Source: Burkholderiaceae bacterium (GTDB lineage: Bacteria > Pseudomonadota > Gammaproteobacteria > Burkholderiales > Burkholderiaceae_A). From it: a stretch of DNA of 64,000 bases. Positions 12,134 through 21,486 of the stretch are shown piece after piece. The position numbers and the translations under genes are program-made. Under the pieces are notes generated by a model. That model was not told where the DNA came from. It saw only the letters and a program-made list of their open reading frames with translations, and ran no database searches. Location: assembly GCA_018882785.1 (NCBI GenBank), contig VERI01000006.1, forward strand, positions 11,811 through 75,810, read 5' to 3'. Position 1 is the first letter of the stretch. Each line of letters starts with the position of its first letter.

Positions 12134-13066
12134 CTAACACTCCTCGGGCCAGTAAAGCCGCATGGGGTTGTCAACAAGCAGTCGCCTCTGCAATTCAAGG
12201 GTTGGGGCGATATGCGGAATGAAGTCGACCAGCAGACCATCATCGGGCATGTGGTCCTTGAGATTGGGATGTGGCCAGTCCGTACCCCAGAGTACGCGAT
12301 CGGAGAATTCTTCAACAACCGTGCGCGCAAAAGGAACTACATCCTGGTAAGCCGATTGTTCGCCGTGTAATGCGGGAGGCCCCGAGACCGAGAGCCGCTC
12401 GGGACAACTGACCTTGCTCCAGACGTTCGGGTGTTCGCGCATAAACCTGAGAAAGAGGCCAAATTCCGGGCCATCAAGAGGCTTGCGGACATCGGGCCGG
12501 CCCATATGATCGACCACCACCGTGGTCGGCAGGGCTGTAAAGAAATCCCAGAGCTCTGGCAGATCCACCGCCTCGAAGTAGATCACGACATGCCAGTTCC
12601 AATTTGCAATTCGGCCAGCGATCTCGAGCAGCTCATCCTTCGGGGTGAAATCTACGAGTCTTTTTACAAAATTAAAGCGCACACCCCGCACGCCGGCATC
12701 ATGCATGGCCTGGAGCTCAGCATCAGTAACGCTGCGACGAACGGTTGCCACACCCCGGGCACGGCCCTGGCTATGCAACAACGCATCGACCATCGCACGG
12801 TTATCCGCCCCATGACAGGTCGCCTGTACCACCACATTACGAGAAAAGCCAAGACGATCCCGCAGCGCAAAGAGCTGATCTTTTGATGCGTCACAGGGGG
12901 TGTATTTGCGCTCGGAGGCATAGGGGAAAAGGTGGCCTGGGCCAAAGACGTGGCAGTGGGCATCTACCGCGTTGGCAGGGACTTTTAACCGTGGAATAGA
13001 AGGACCAGAAAACCAGTCCAGCCATCCCGCAGTCTTCACAAACTCACCGGTGGTCGTCATGCTCAT
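12134..13066 (-). CDS. ligI: 2-pyrone-4,6-dicarboxylate lactonase (amidohydrolase_2 fold)
   Basis: LigI blocks VDAHCHVFGP, LFALRDRLGF, VVDHMGRPDV and WGTDWPHPN. Confidence 0.9.
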   Translation of the reverse strand: MSMTTTGEFVKTAGWLDWFSGPSIPRLKVPANAVDAHCHVFGPGHLFPYASERKYTPCDASKDQLFALRDRLGFSRNVVVQATCHGADNRAMVDALLHSQGRARGVATVRRSVTDAELQAMHDAGVRGVRFNFVKRLVDFTPKDELLEIAGRIANWNWHVVIYFEAVDLPELWDFFTALPTTVVVDHMGRPDVRKPLDGPEFGLFLRFMREHPNVWSKVSCPERLSVSGPPALHGEQSAYQDVVPFARTVVEEFSDRVLWGTDWPHPNLKDHMPDDGLLVDFIPHIAPTLELQRRLLVDNPMRLYWPEEC

Positions 13067-13076
13067 TAAGACATCC

Positions 13077-13760
13077 TTAGTCGATGTATTTCAGGCCTTT
13101 TTTCGCAAGCGGCTCGCGCATGCTGTACATATCCAGCCCCAATACGCCGCTGGCAAGCTTCTCCCGTTTGGCCCCCTCGTTGGCCTCGCGGGCACGCGCC
13201 GCATTCAGCGTCTCACCAGCAATGGCTTTTGGAACACAGACCACGCCATCATCGTCGGCCACGATGACATCGCCGGGGTTGACCAGCATGCCTGCACAGA
13301 CCACCGGAATATTCACAGACCCCAGCGTCTCTTTAATGCAGCCTTTACTTGAGATGCACTTACTCCAGACCGGAAACGCCATTTCATTTAATGTCTTGAC
13401 ATCTCGCACACCAGCATCAATCACCAACGCCCTTGCGCCACGGGCCTGAAAACTTGTGGCCAGCAGATCGCCAAAATAGCCGTCCGTGCACTCCGCCGTG
13501 ATGGCCGCAACCACAATGTCTCCCGGCTGAATCTGCTCGGCGGCCACATGCATCATCCAGTTGTCCCCTGGATGCAGCAGCACCGTGACCGCAGTGCCAG
13601 AGACCTGCACACCACGCTGGATTGGACGAATATAGGGCTGAAGCAGCCCGACCCTGCCCATGGCCTCGTGCACCGTCGCAGAGCCCAGACTCGCCAGGCC
13701 ATCGGCAGCCTGCCGATCAGCACGCGCGATATTCCGATAAACAACACCCAGTTCGTGCAT
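13077..13760 (-). CDS. ligK: 4-carboxy-4-hydroxy-2-oxoadipate aldolase / oxaloacetate decarboxylase (RraA-like fold)
   Basis: LigK/GalC blocks [29 protein letters not shown] and VRDV. Confidence 0.9.
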   Translation of the reverse strand: MHELGVVYRNIARADRQAADGLASLGSATVHEAMGRVGLLQPYIRPIQRGVQVSGTAVTVLLHPGDNWMMHVAAEQIQPGDIVVAAITAECTDGYFGDLLATSFQARGARALVIDAGVRDVKTLNEMAFPVWSKCISSKGCIKETLGSVNIPVVCAGMLVNPGDVIVADDDGVVCVPKAIAGETLNAARAREANEGAKREKLASGVLGLDMYSMREPLAKKGLKYID

Positions 13761-13761
13761 C

Positions 13762-14808
13762 TCAGAGTCCTTTCTTATTTAAGGCCACATCCAGCCGAGA
13801 GTAGACGCGCCGTGCGTTGGCCTCAAAAACTTTATAACGCTGCTCCTGGCTCAGATGGGGTGTGGCCAGAACATAGCGCTTGGTATCGTCATAGTAATGG
13901 CCAGTCTCCGGATCGATCCCGCGGACCGCCCCAATCATTTCGGATGCAAACAGGATATTGTCCACAGGGATCACCTTGGTGAGCAGATCAATACCCGGCT
14001 GGTGATAGACACAGGTATCAAAGAAGATATTTTTCAGCAGATGCTCAACCAAGAGCGGTTTCTTGAGCTCCTGGGCAAGGCCGCGATATCGGCCCCAGTG
14101 ATATGGCGCTGCCCCGCCCCCATGAGGAATCACAAATTTCAGCGTAGGAAAATCTCTGAACAGATCTCCCTGGATGAGCTGCATCACGGCGGTGGTATCG
14201 GCGTTAATGTAGTGGGCACCAGTGGTATGAAAGCAGGCATTACAGCTTGTGGAGACATGAATCATTGCCGGAATATCCAGCTCCACCATTTTTTCGTAGA
14301 TTGGATACCAGTGGCGGTCAGTCAGAGGCGGACTATTCCAATGACCCCCTGATGGATCAGGATTCAGATTGATTCCGACCATTCCATAGTCATGAACACA
14401 GCGATCGATCTCAGCCAGGCAGGTCTTGGGATCCACACCCGGAGACTGTGGCAGCATCGCTGCGCCAATAAAATGATCCGGAAAAAGCTGAGAGACCCGA
14501 TAGCAAAGCTCGTTGCAGATCGACGCCCATGTCGAGGATATATTCACATCCCCGATGTGATGGGCCATAAAACTCGCCCGGGGGCTGAAGATTGTGAGAT
14601 CGGATCCACGCTCTTTCATCTTGGTAAGCTGGTTTAACTCAATCGACTCACGCAGTTCGTCGTCGCTGATCTTCAGGTCCGCCACCTTGGGCATCACGGT
14701 CGGATCCTTGATCCCCGCAATCTGTTTATTTCTCCACTCTTCTAACGCCTTCGGGGCAGTGGTGTAGTGTCCATGGACATCGATGATTAGCGGTTTTTGA
14801 AGACTCAT
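13762..14808 (-). CDS. ligJ: 4-oxalomesaconate hydratase
   Basis: LigJ blocks [35 protein letters not shown] and [14 protein letters not shown]. Confidence 0.9.
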   Translation of the reverse strand: MSLQKPLIIDVHGHYTTAPKALEEWRNKQIAGIKDPTVMPKVADLKISDDELRESIELNQLTKMKERGSDLTIFSPRASFMAHHIGDVNISSTWASICNELCYRVSQLFPDHFIGAAMLPQSPGVDPKTCLAEIDRCVHDYGMVGINLNPDPSGGHWNSPPLTDRHWYPIYEKMVELDIPAMIHVSTSCNACFHTTGAHYINADTTAVMQLIQGDLFRDFPTLKFVIPHGGGAAPYHWGRYRGLAQELKKPLLVEHLLKNIFFDTCVYHQPGIDLLTKVIPVDNILFASEMIGAVRGIDPETGHYYDDTKRYVLATPHLSQEQRYKVFEANARRVYSRLDVALNKKGL

Positions 14809-14829
14809 AATGATGTTCTCAGTAAGTAA

Positions 14830-15522
14830 TCAGACGGGCGTCATGCCATAGTGTGTAATCACCGGCCCCGCTTTAGCCGATGCCATGAACTCAAGCACAG
14901 CGGTCGCCTGGGCCTGTCGTTCTACGTCCCGGCAAGAGCGCGCGATAGCACCAGAAAAAACGGTGTCGATCTGAACGCTATCCGGTAAGGAGGCGACCAG
15001 AGTAATGCCCGCCAGACCCATGAGCTCGGATCGCTGCTGGAACCCGATCGCCACCCGGCCCTGGGCGACCAACTGGCCCACAGGAACACCCGCCGGTGCC
15101 TGGACCAGGCGATCCTTCAGAGTATCCACCACGCCCCAACGCTCAAAGAGGGCCAGTAAGGCCGATCCGCTCGGACCAGTCGAGTACCCAATCGAGGGCG
15201 CTGACAATACGGTCGATCTCAGGGCCTGCTCGGAAGAGATATCGGGCAGCGCATCTCCCTGGCGAACGGCAAGCGCGATCCCCGATCGCATCAGTGGTCG
15301 TAAGGATCTTGCTAAGACGAACCCCTCATCCTGCAGCGATACCAGTGCCTCATTTGCCAGGAACACCAGGTCGAATTCCTCTCCTGCGCGGATTCGTTTT
15401 GCTACATCGACCCCACCGGCTGCGATAAGCGACAGCGGCTGACCACCAAGCGTGCACCACTGCTCGGCCAACGCCGTCAGAATCTGTCGGGAGGCCATCG
15501 AGCAAACGCCTGTCAGCGGCAT
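14830..15522 (-). CDS. ModA-like periplasmic-binding-protein-fold protein without a signal peptide
   Basis: Type II PBP-like blocks (GGVDVAKRIRAGEEFDLVFLA, IGYSTGPSG, GFQQRSEL) and no hydrophobic leader. Its ATG overlaps the reductase TGA in a TGATG arrangement. No modB or modC is nearby. Confidence 0.6.
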   Translation of the reverse strand: MPLTGVCSMASRQILTALAEQWCTLGGQPLSLIAAGGVDVAKRIRAGEEFDLVFLANEALVSLQDEGFVLARSLRPLMRSGIALAVRQGDALPDISSEQALRSTVLSAPSIGYSTGPSGSALLALFERWGVVDTLKDRLVQAPAGVPVGQLVAQGRVAIGFQQRSELMGLAGITLVASLPDSVQIDTVFSGAIARSCRDVERQAQATAVLEFMASAKAGPVITHYGMTPV

Positions 15523-16748
15523 CACGATGTAGCCTGTTTCGGAAGTAGGCCGGCCAGAGCAACGCCCTCATCTGCAGCCTGCTCAGGCGTAGGGAAGACC
15601 TGCTGATCCAGCAGTCTGCGCCCGGCCATATGGTCCTGCGGCCGATTCAGGCTATCCAGTCCAATGAGAGTTGTGCCACGAAAATAAAAGATCGAACACT
15701 TATAGGTCGCCACATCACCACGAATCACCGACAGATCATGGTCTGCAGATGTGCCAACCATCTGAAGTTTCACATCGTACTGATCAGACCAAAACCAGGG
15801 TGCTGCTGAAAACGGACGTTCCTTGCCCATGATCGTGGCCGCGCATGCCTTGGCCTGTTCGATTGCATTTTGTACCGACTCAAGGCGCCGCAGACGTCCA
15901 TCTGCAAGCCGCATAGCGGTGCAGTCTCCGCAGGCAACAATAAATGGATCTGATGTACGGCCACTGGAATCGACCACTACACCTGACTCGCAGACTAGCC
16001 CCGCGGCATCGGCAAGTTCCTGATTGGGAATCACACCAACGCCGACGACGACCAGATCTGCGCTGATAATGCTGCCATCACTCAGAGTCACACCAGATAC
16101 CGCACCATTTGCCGATACAAATCCAGCGACTCCCGACCCCAACCGCACGGATACCCCTCGCTCGGCATGAAGCCGCGCATATATCTCGGAGATCTGGGCT
16201 GAGACTGCCCGTGCCATGAGGCGGTCGGCCGCCTCAATGACAGTGACTGATTTGCCTTTCTTTCGGGCGATTGCCGCAAACTCAAGGCCGATAAAACCAC
16301 CCCCAATCACAGCGATACTGCCCGCCGCTTCCAAGCCCTGAGCAATACGCGTGGCGTCATCCAGAGTACGCAGTGCGAATACACCCTGCAGGTCAGCGCC
16401 CGCCAGCTGACGGGCGCGGGCACCGGTGGCAAGCACCAGACGGTGATACGGCAGGCTGCTGCCGTGACTGAAATGTAGTGTTTTCTCTTCGCGGTCTATC
16501 CGCTCGACACGAATACCAGTACGCAGGGTAATTTGCTTTCGGGCCAGGGCATCGGGTCCGCGCATCGTGAGCTGCTCAGCAGAAGACTCCCCCGACAGAT
16601 AAGTCTTTGAAAGCGGCGGCCGGTGATAAGGCGCGTGGGTCTCGTCTCCCAGCAGGATGACATCACCCTGCCAGCCTTCGGCACGGATTGCCTCAGCAGC
16701 CTGCAGGCCAGCCTGGCCAGCACCGATGATGACAATGGGAAGATTCAT
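15522..16748 (-). CDS. FAD-dependent ferredoxin-NAD(P)+ reductase (putidaredoxin-reductase type)
   Basis: Two dinucleotide-binding motifs (VIIGAGQAG and VIGGGFIGLE) and a C-terminal reductase domain. The start is either ATG 16748 or TTG 16766. Confidence 0.85.
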   Translation of the reverse strand: MNLPIVIIGAGQAGLQAAEAIRAEGWQGDVILLGDETHAPYHRPPLSKTYLSGESSAEQLTMRGPDALARKQITLRTGIRVERIDREEKTLHFSHGSSLPYHRLVLATGARARQLAGADLQGVFALRTLDDATRIAQGLEAAGSIAVIGGGFIGLEFAAIARKKGKSVTVIEAADRLMARAVSAQISEIYARLHAERGVSVRLGSGVAGFVSANGAVSGVTLSDGSIISADLVVVGVGVIPNQELADAAGLVCESGVVVDSSGRTSDPFIVACGDCTAMRLADGRLRRLESVQNAIEQAKACAATIMGKERPFSAAPWFWSDQYDVKLQMVGTSADHDLSVIRGDVATYKCSIFYFRGTTLIGLDSLNRPQDHMAGRRLLDQQVFPTPEQAADEGVALAGLLPKQATS

Positions 16749-16778
16749 AGGCGCTTCGCGACTCAACGCAACGCTGAC

Positions 16779-17102
16779 CTAGATCTGAGTCTCGGGAAGT
16801 CTCACCACGAGACCCGCCAGATCCTCGGACATTTTGATCTGACACGACAGACGGCTATTGGCACGAATCTCCGCAACCGCGTTTTCGAGCATGTCACGCT
16901 CACCCTGCTCTGCCGCCGGCACCTGATCGGCATGAGATTCAATATAACAATGGCAGGTTGCACAGGCACAAGAGCCACCACACTCTGCCTCGATGCCCTC
17001 GACGCCATTGCTGGTTGCCGCCTGCATCAGGCTCCAGCCAACAGGAACATCAATGGTGACCTTGTTTCCAGAGGGTTCGATATACGTTACCTTGGGCATC
17101 AT
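16779..17102 (-). CDS. [2Fe-2S] ferredoxin (adrenodoxin/putidaredoxin type)
   Basis: 107 aa with the cluster motif CGGSCACATCHC plus a distal Cys (RLSCQ). Confidence 0.9.
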   Translation of the reverse strand: MMPKVTYIEPSGNKVTIDVPVGWSLMQAATSNGVEGIEAECGGSCACATCHCYIESHADQVPAAEQGERDMLENAVAEIRANSRLSCQIKMSEDLAGLVVRLPETQI

Positions 17103-17119
17103 ATTTCCTTCATTCGCTA

Positions 17120-18286
17120 TTAGTGAATCTTTACCAGGTCGAGCCGCATCGGGCTGCGGAACGTCGAAGACGGTATCCAGGGCAGTTGATCAGCGGCCCT
17201 TCGATAATCGGGCACGATCTTGTGAAACTCTTCCATTGCGGTCTTCACGGCAAGACGTGCAATCATCGTTCCAAGGCAGGCATGTACGCCACCGCCAAAT
17301 CCGAGATGGCCCCGAGGCTTACGGCCAATGTCATACACGTCTGCATTCGGAAACTGGCGCTCATCTCGATTACCCGCGCCATAGGCTAGGCAGACAAAAT
17401 CGCCCGCCTTCATCTTCTGCCCATGCAGTTCGAGATCTTTTTGCAGGCAGCGACGAAAGCGTTGCGCGGACGTGTTGTACCTCAGGGATTCTTCGATTGC
17501 ATCCGGCAATAAAGAAGGATTCGCTACACACTGACGTCGGGCCTCTGGGTGGTCGGCCAGGTTGTATACGAACATCGACATAAAGCCCGCCAAAGACTCC
17601 ACACCCGCCATAATCAGCGTGGTAGTTGTTAGCAATACCTCGCGCTCATCAAGCCGATCGCCATCAATCTCTGCCATCGAGAAATGAGAAATTAGATCGT
17701 CCTTGGGATTCTTGCGACGCTCTGCAATCACTTGCGCGGCGTAATCCTGCATCCATTGATAGGCCGCAAGATGCTCCGGCCCCTTGGTGCGTGTGGCGGG
17801 ATCGGACTGGACCATCAAGACGGCCTTTTCACGTGCAGTCGCCTCGTCGCCGGTCGGCAGACCGAGAACTGACCATAACACCTTCACGGTGAACTGTGAT
17901 GAGAACTCGGTAATGAAATCAAATTGATCCTGATCGGCAAGCGGCGCGGCCACCGAGCGTGCAATCTCGCGGATCGGTTCTGCGAGACTCTCCAGATTGC
18001 GACGCATAAAGGCATGCTGAATCAGGCCGCGCAGCCGATCGTGTCGGGGGGGATCTGTAGTGCCCAGCGTGTTGCCTGCCCGATTGGGCAGCTCGGTCAT
18101 GAGGTTGCCCTTTGCTGAGGAGAATGTCTGCCAGTCGTTAAGCGCTGTGACGATGTCTGTATACCGAGACAGGACCCACATATTGGCCTCTCGACTCCAG
18201 AAGGCGGGATGCTCATCTCGAAGCGTCTTATAAAACGGAAACGGATCTGCATCCACCGCTGGCGAATAGGGATCAAAGCTAAACAT
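17120..18286 (-). CDS. cytochrome P450 (class I, three-component)
   Basis: Heme-thiolate loop FGGGVHACLG, ExxR (EESLR) and I-helix AGVESL. Start set at MFSFDPY, which follows an AGGAGA Shine-Dalgarno; the longer ORF to 18376 is rejected. Confidence 0.9.
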   Translation of the reverse strand: MFSFDPYSPAVDADPFPFYKTLRDEHPAFWSREANMWVLSRYTDIVTALNDWQTFSSAKGNLMTELPNRAGNTLGTTDPPRHDRLRGLIQHAFMRRNLESLAEPIREIARSVAAPLADQDQFDFITEFSSQFTVKVLWSVLGLPTGDEATAREKAVLMVQSDPATRTKGPEHLAAYQWMQDYAAQVIAERRKNPKDDLISHFSMAEIDGDRLDEREVLLTTTTLIMAGVESLAGFMSMFVYNLADHPEARRQCVANPSLLPDAIEESLRYNTSAQRFRRCLQKDLELHGQKMKAGDFVCLAYGAGNRDERQFPNADVYDIGRKPRGHLGFGGGVHACLGTMIARLAVKTAMEEFHKIVPDYRRAADQLPWIPSSTFRSPMRLDLVKIH

Positions 18287-18464
18287 GACCGTGTCTCCTG
18301 TTTTGATCGTGATGTTTCGACCCGCCCGACCCGGCATTGACCGGGGCTGCTGGTGATGGCTAGAGGCTAGGCCCAATGGGAGGCCGAGCGAATGGACAAT
18401 TTAGTCAAAAACTTGTACTTTTTTTACAAATTAGGCCAAAAATCGAGGAAAACCAGGGACAGAA

Positions 18465-19397
18465 TTGCAAAAAAATCGCATCTCGAATGCTCCCAGCCCG
18501 GTTCTGGCGCCGACCTTCTCGCTCTACGGCGAGGCCCAGACCTCGGTCTCCCCCGAATTTATTCATATCGAAGAAATCTCGGCGCGCAGCGCTGCGCGAA
18601 ACTGGCAGATTGAATCTCACACCCATGAGGGCCTGCTCCAGTTCCTGTTTGTTTTTTCGGGCACCGCACGGATTCAGTTAGACGGCAGCGAGCAGGACTA
18701 TGAGTCGCCGCTGGCGGTGGTAATTCCGCCTCGGGTGATACATGCCTTTAAGTTTCTGCCACAGACCGAGGGCTATGTTCTGACGCTGGATGCGGACGGA
18801 CTTGCAGGCCAGTCTGAAGAGGCCAGTCGAATGTTTTCCGTACTGCGCACCGAAGCCGACGTGATTGGCCTGAATCGCACCAATCAGTCCATCCAACGAT
18901 TCCGCAGTCTTTTGGAACAGATCGATGTCGAGTTCCGTGCGCCAGGCGTCGCAAGCACACGGCTCTTTGTCTGGCTAATTCGTGCACTACTGCTGCTCCT
19001 GGTGCGTGAGCGGCTGCGATCCGAGCAGGAATCTCATGATCATGCCGCGGATCTTACAGATCAATTTCGTACTTTACTCGAGGCACACTTCACCGAGCAC
19101 TGGCCAGTGCAAGACTATGCACGCCAACTCAATCTCACAGAAAGCAGACTGAATCGACTCTGTCAGCACAGATTTCAGCAGACCGCATTTGGACTGATTC
19201 AGTCGCGCCTTCTGCTCGAGGCAAGACGAAAGCTGGTCTATACCGGCACCTCGATATCCCAGCTCTCTTATGAACTGGGATTTACTGATCCCGCTTATTT
19301 TTGCCGCTTCTTTAAAAAGCTCACTGGATATGCGCCAAGCCGCTTCCGCGCCGAGGTCTCAAGGCGCCCCTCTCAAATCAATGATTTCTTGATCTAA
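18465..19397 (+). CDS. AraC family transcriptional regulator (PobR-like cupin N-domain)
   Basis: N-terminal LYGE...HTHEGLLQFLFVFSG...VIPPRVIHAF cupin and a C-terminal double HTH (GFTDPAYFCRFFKK). It is divergent from the P450 operon. Confidence 0.85.
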   Translation: MQKNRISNAPSPVLAPTFSLYGEAQTSVSPEFIHIEEISARSAARNWQIESHTHEGLLQFLFVFSGTARIQLDGSEQDYESPLAVVIPPRVIHAFKFLPQTEGYVLTLDADGLAGQSEEASRMFSVLRTEADVIGLNRTNQSIQRFRSLLEQIDVEFRAPGVASTRLFVWLIRALLLLLVRERLRSEQESHDHAADLTDQFRTLLEAHFTEHWPVQDYARQLNLTESRLNRLCQHRFQQTAFGLIQSRLLLEARRKLVYTGTSISQLSYELGFTDPAYFCRFFKKLTGYAPSRFRAEVSRRPSQINDFLI

Positions 19398-19445
19398 GAC
19401 AGATCTGACGGATTGACACCCAAGGTGTAGTAGACCGCGTAAGAG

Positions 19446-20627
19446 CTATTTCACCCGTCGGGCTGATGCGATGAATCGGGGCACGATCCACCGGCCGGCA
19501 AGCACGAGCAATAGACACCAAAACGCGACGCCCCAGGCATAGGGCCGGATACCCCCATCAAGACTGACGGAAAGATATAAGCCCGTCATCACGCCGGCCA
19601 GGGCCATCAGTAGACCTACCCACGATGATGCAGTGCCAGCCTTCTCGGGGAAAAGGCCTGGGGCAGCCGCATTGCTGCAGGGCTGATGAAATCCGTGTGC
19701 AAATCCAAACAACATCTGCATCAGCAACACCGGTGCGACCGCGCGAATCTCCAACCATCCCACGACGATTGCCAGGACTGCTGTCACCAGCGAGATCGTA
19801 CAGGCCGCCTGCATGGTACCCAGAAGCCCCCGCTTCGGAATCATTCGTCGGCAGACCAAGGTACCCACCAAATAGCTTGATGAGCCCATCGCAATCGCCG
19901 CTCCAAACTCCGTGGCAGACGCCTCGAGAAAACGCAGAAAAATAAATGGTCCACCGGAGAGCACCACAAACAAACCACCATACGTGCTTAACGCCACCAA
20001 GGACCAGGACAGAAAACCACGATGGGTCAGAATATCGATGTAGTTGGCTTTGAGTCCCTGCCACTGCGTGGCCTGGACACTTTTACTTGCGATCGTCTCC
20101 GGTACATATCGCCAGACCATCACCAAACCAATCAGACCCGCACAGGCAATCGCAACAATATTGGCGCGCCATCCCCAGATATCCATGAGCACGCCACCAA
20201 GCAGCGGACTGATAATGGCAATAACCCCGAGTCCCGACAGGCCCCGCGCAAGCACCTGCGCACCTTCACCGGTCTCATACAGATCCCGCACCATGGCGCG
20301 CCCGCATACCACCGAGGCCCCAAGCGCAGCACCCTGCACCATTCGCGATAGCAATAGCGCCTCCATGCTCACCGCCAACGCCCCCGCCAATCCGGTCGCC
20401 ACATATAGAAGGAGCCCCCAGAGCAACACAGGCTTTCTGCCCACCCGATCAGAAAGCGCACCCCAGATCAACTGCCCCAGGCCAAAGGCAATCATCGCTC
20501 CAAACATCGTGGCCTGGATCATGATGCTCGGCGCAGAAAACTCCTGACGAATGGCAGGCATCGCCGGGATGAAGAGATCGGTCAATACCGGCTGCAGTCC
20601 GAGCAGCACGGCAAGAAAAAGCGCCAC
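19446..20627 (-). CDS. MFS transporter (Bcr/CflA drug-resistance subfamily)
   Basis: Polytopic protein with the SDRVGRKPVL loop motif. The frame stays open upstream of the GTG, so the true start is uncertain. Confidence 0.75.
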   Translation of the reverse strand: MALFLAVLLGLQPVLTDLFIPAMPAIRQEFSAPSIMIQATMFGAMIAFGLGQLIWGALSDRVGRKPVLLWGLLLYVATGLAGALAVSMEALLLSRMVQGAALGASVVCGRAMVRDLYETGEGAQVLARGLSGLGVIAIISPLLGGVLMDIWGWRANIVAIACAGLIGLVMVWRYVPETIASKSVQATQWQGLKANYIDILTHRGFLSWSLVALSTYGGLFVVLSGGPFIFLRFLEASATEFGAAIAMGSSSYLVGTLVCRRMIPKRGLLGTMQAACTISLVTAVLAIVVGWLEIRAVAPVLLMQMLFGFAHGFHQPCSNAAAPGLFPEKAGTASSWVGLLMALAGVMTGLYLSVSLDGGIRPYAWGVAFWCLLLVLAGRWIVPRFIASARRVK

Positions 20628-20681
20628 TCTGGCCGCGCTCAGACCATGATGGACGCTAACGACATTCCCCTGTGTAATCGC

Positions 20682-21476
20682 TCACGCTGCTGAGCGGCCC
20701 AAGGCGTGGCCCAGCCGATGTGAAATCTGGTCGGCCGCATGCTTTAGGTCCCGGGCAATCGGTCCATCGAGATCGGCATCAAAAGTCTCAGCAGGGCCGA
20801 GCGCGGTGATGGCCAAGGCCAGCGCACCAAACTGATCAAACACTGCTGCGCTTAACGCATGAATACCCGGAATTGGCTGGCCGATTGCCTGAGCCATGGC
20901 ATGGCGCCGAATACGGGCCAGTTCCCCTGCCGGCAGGGCAACGTCGACAACTTTCTGGCCTTGGGCAACACGATCACCCAGGGCGATACCTTTTAAAGTC
21001 TCGAGTTTTTCCTCTGGCATGAATGCCGCAAAAATCTTGCCGGTCGCCGTTCGATTAACCGACATCACGGTACCGACCCGCATGTTGACGTGAATCGGCT
21101 GATGAGACTCAATCATTCGAACGACGGTCGGCCCAAGATTTCCCCACACCGCAATCACCACGGACTGATGAATTCTTTCGGCCAACTCCTCCATCAAGGG
21201 CCCGGCAATTTTCAACGGATCCAGCTGTCGCAGGCAGCTCAGGCCAAGCTGCAAGGCGGCTGGCCCAAGACGATACTGACCTGACTCTCGCTCCCGTTCG
21301 ATGAGTCCCAGCCGGCCGAAACTCACCAGATACGGATGGGCCTTGGAGGGAGTCATATCGGCGGCCTGGGCGAGCTCTTTAAGACCCATCGGCCCGGAAT
21401 GTAACGCCAGTGCATTGAGCAGCCGACCCCCAATCTCAATCGACTGTATCGAGCGTTGATTCTCGAATTCACTCAT
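20682..21476 (-). CDS. IclR family transcriptional regulator
   Basis: N-terminal HTH (SIQSIEIGGRLLNALA...MGLKELAQAADMTPSKAHPYLVSF) and a C-terminal effector domain. Start trimmed to MSEFENQ so that it does not overlap fahA. Confidence 0.85.
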   Translation of the reverse strand: MSEFENQRSIQSIEIGGRLLNALALHSGPMGLKELAQAADMTPSKAHPYLVSFGRLGLIERERESGQYRLGPAALQLGLSCLRQLDPLKIAGPLMEELAERIHQSVVIAVWGNLGPTVVRMIESHQPIHVNMRVGTVMSVNRTATGKIFAAFMPEEKLETLKGIALGDRVAQGQKVVDVALPAGELARIRRHAMAQAIGQPIPGIHALSAAVFDQFGALALAITALGPAETFDADLDGPIARDLKHAADQISHRLGHALGRSAA

Positions 21477-21486
21477 GGGGATCAAT

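Noticed and set aside
14830-15522. Calling this gene the molybdate-binding protein ModA
   Set aside because: It has no signal peptide and no modB or modC partner. It is embedded in an aromatic catabolic operon, so only the protein fold is shared with ModA.
18397-18409. A 13-mer (CAATTTAGTCAAA) upstream of the P450 operon that recurs with one mismatch at 26266-26278 upstream of the hydroxylase operon
   Set aside because: My back-of-envelope estimate is that several such 12-of-13 matches are expected by chance, even when the search is limited to the roughly 2.5 kb of intergenic sequence. The distances to the two start codons also differ, at about 111 nt and 29 nt.
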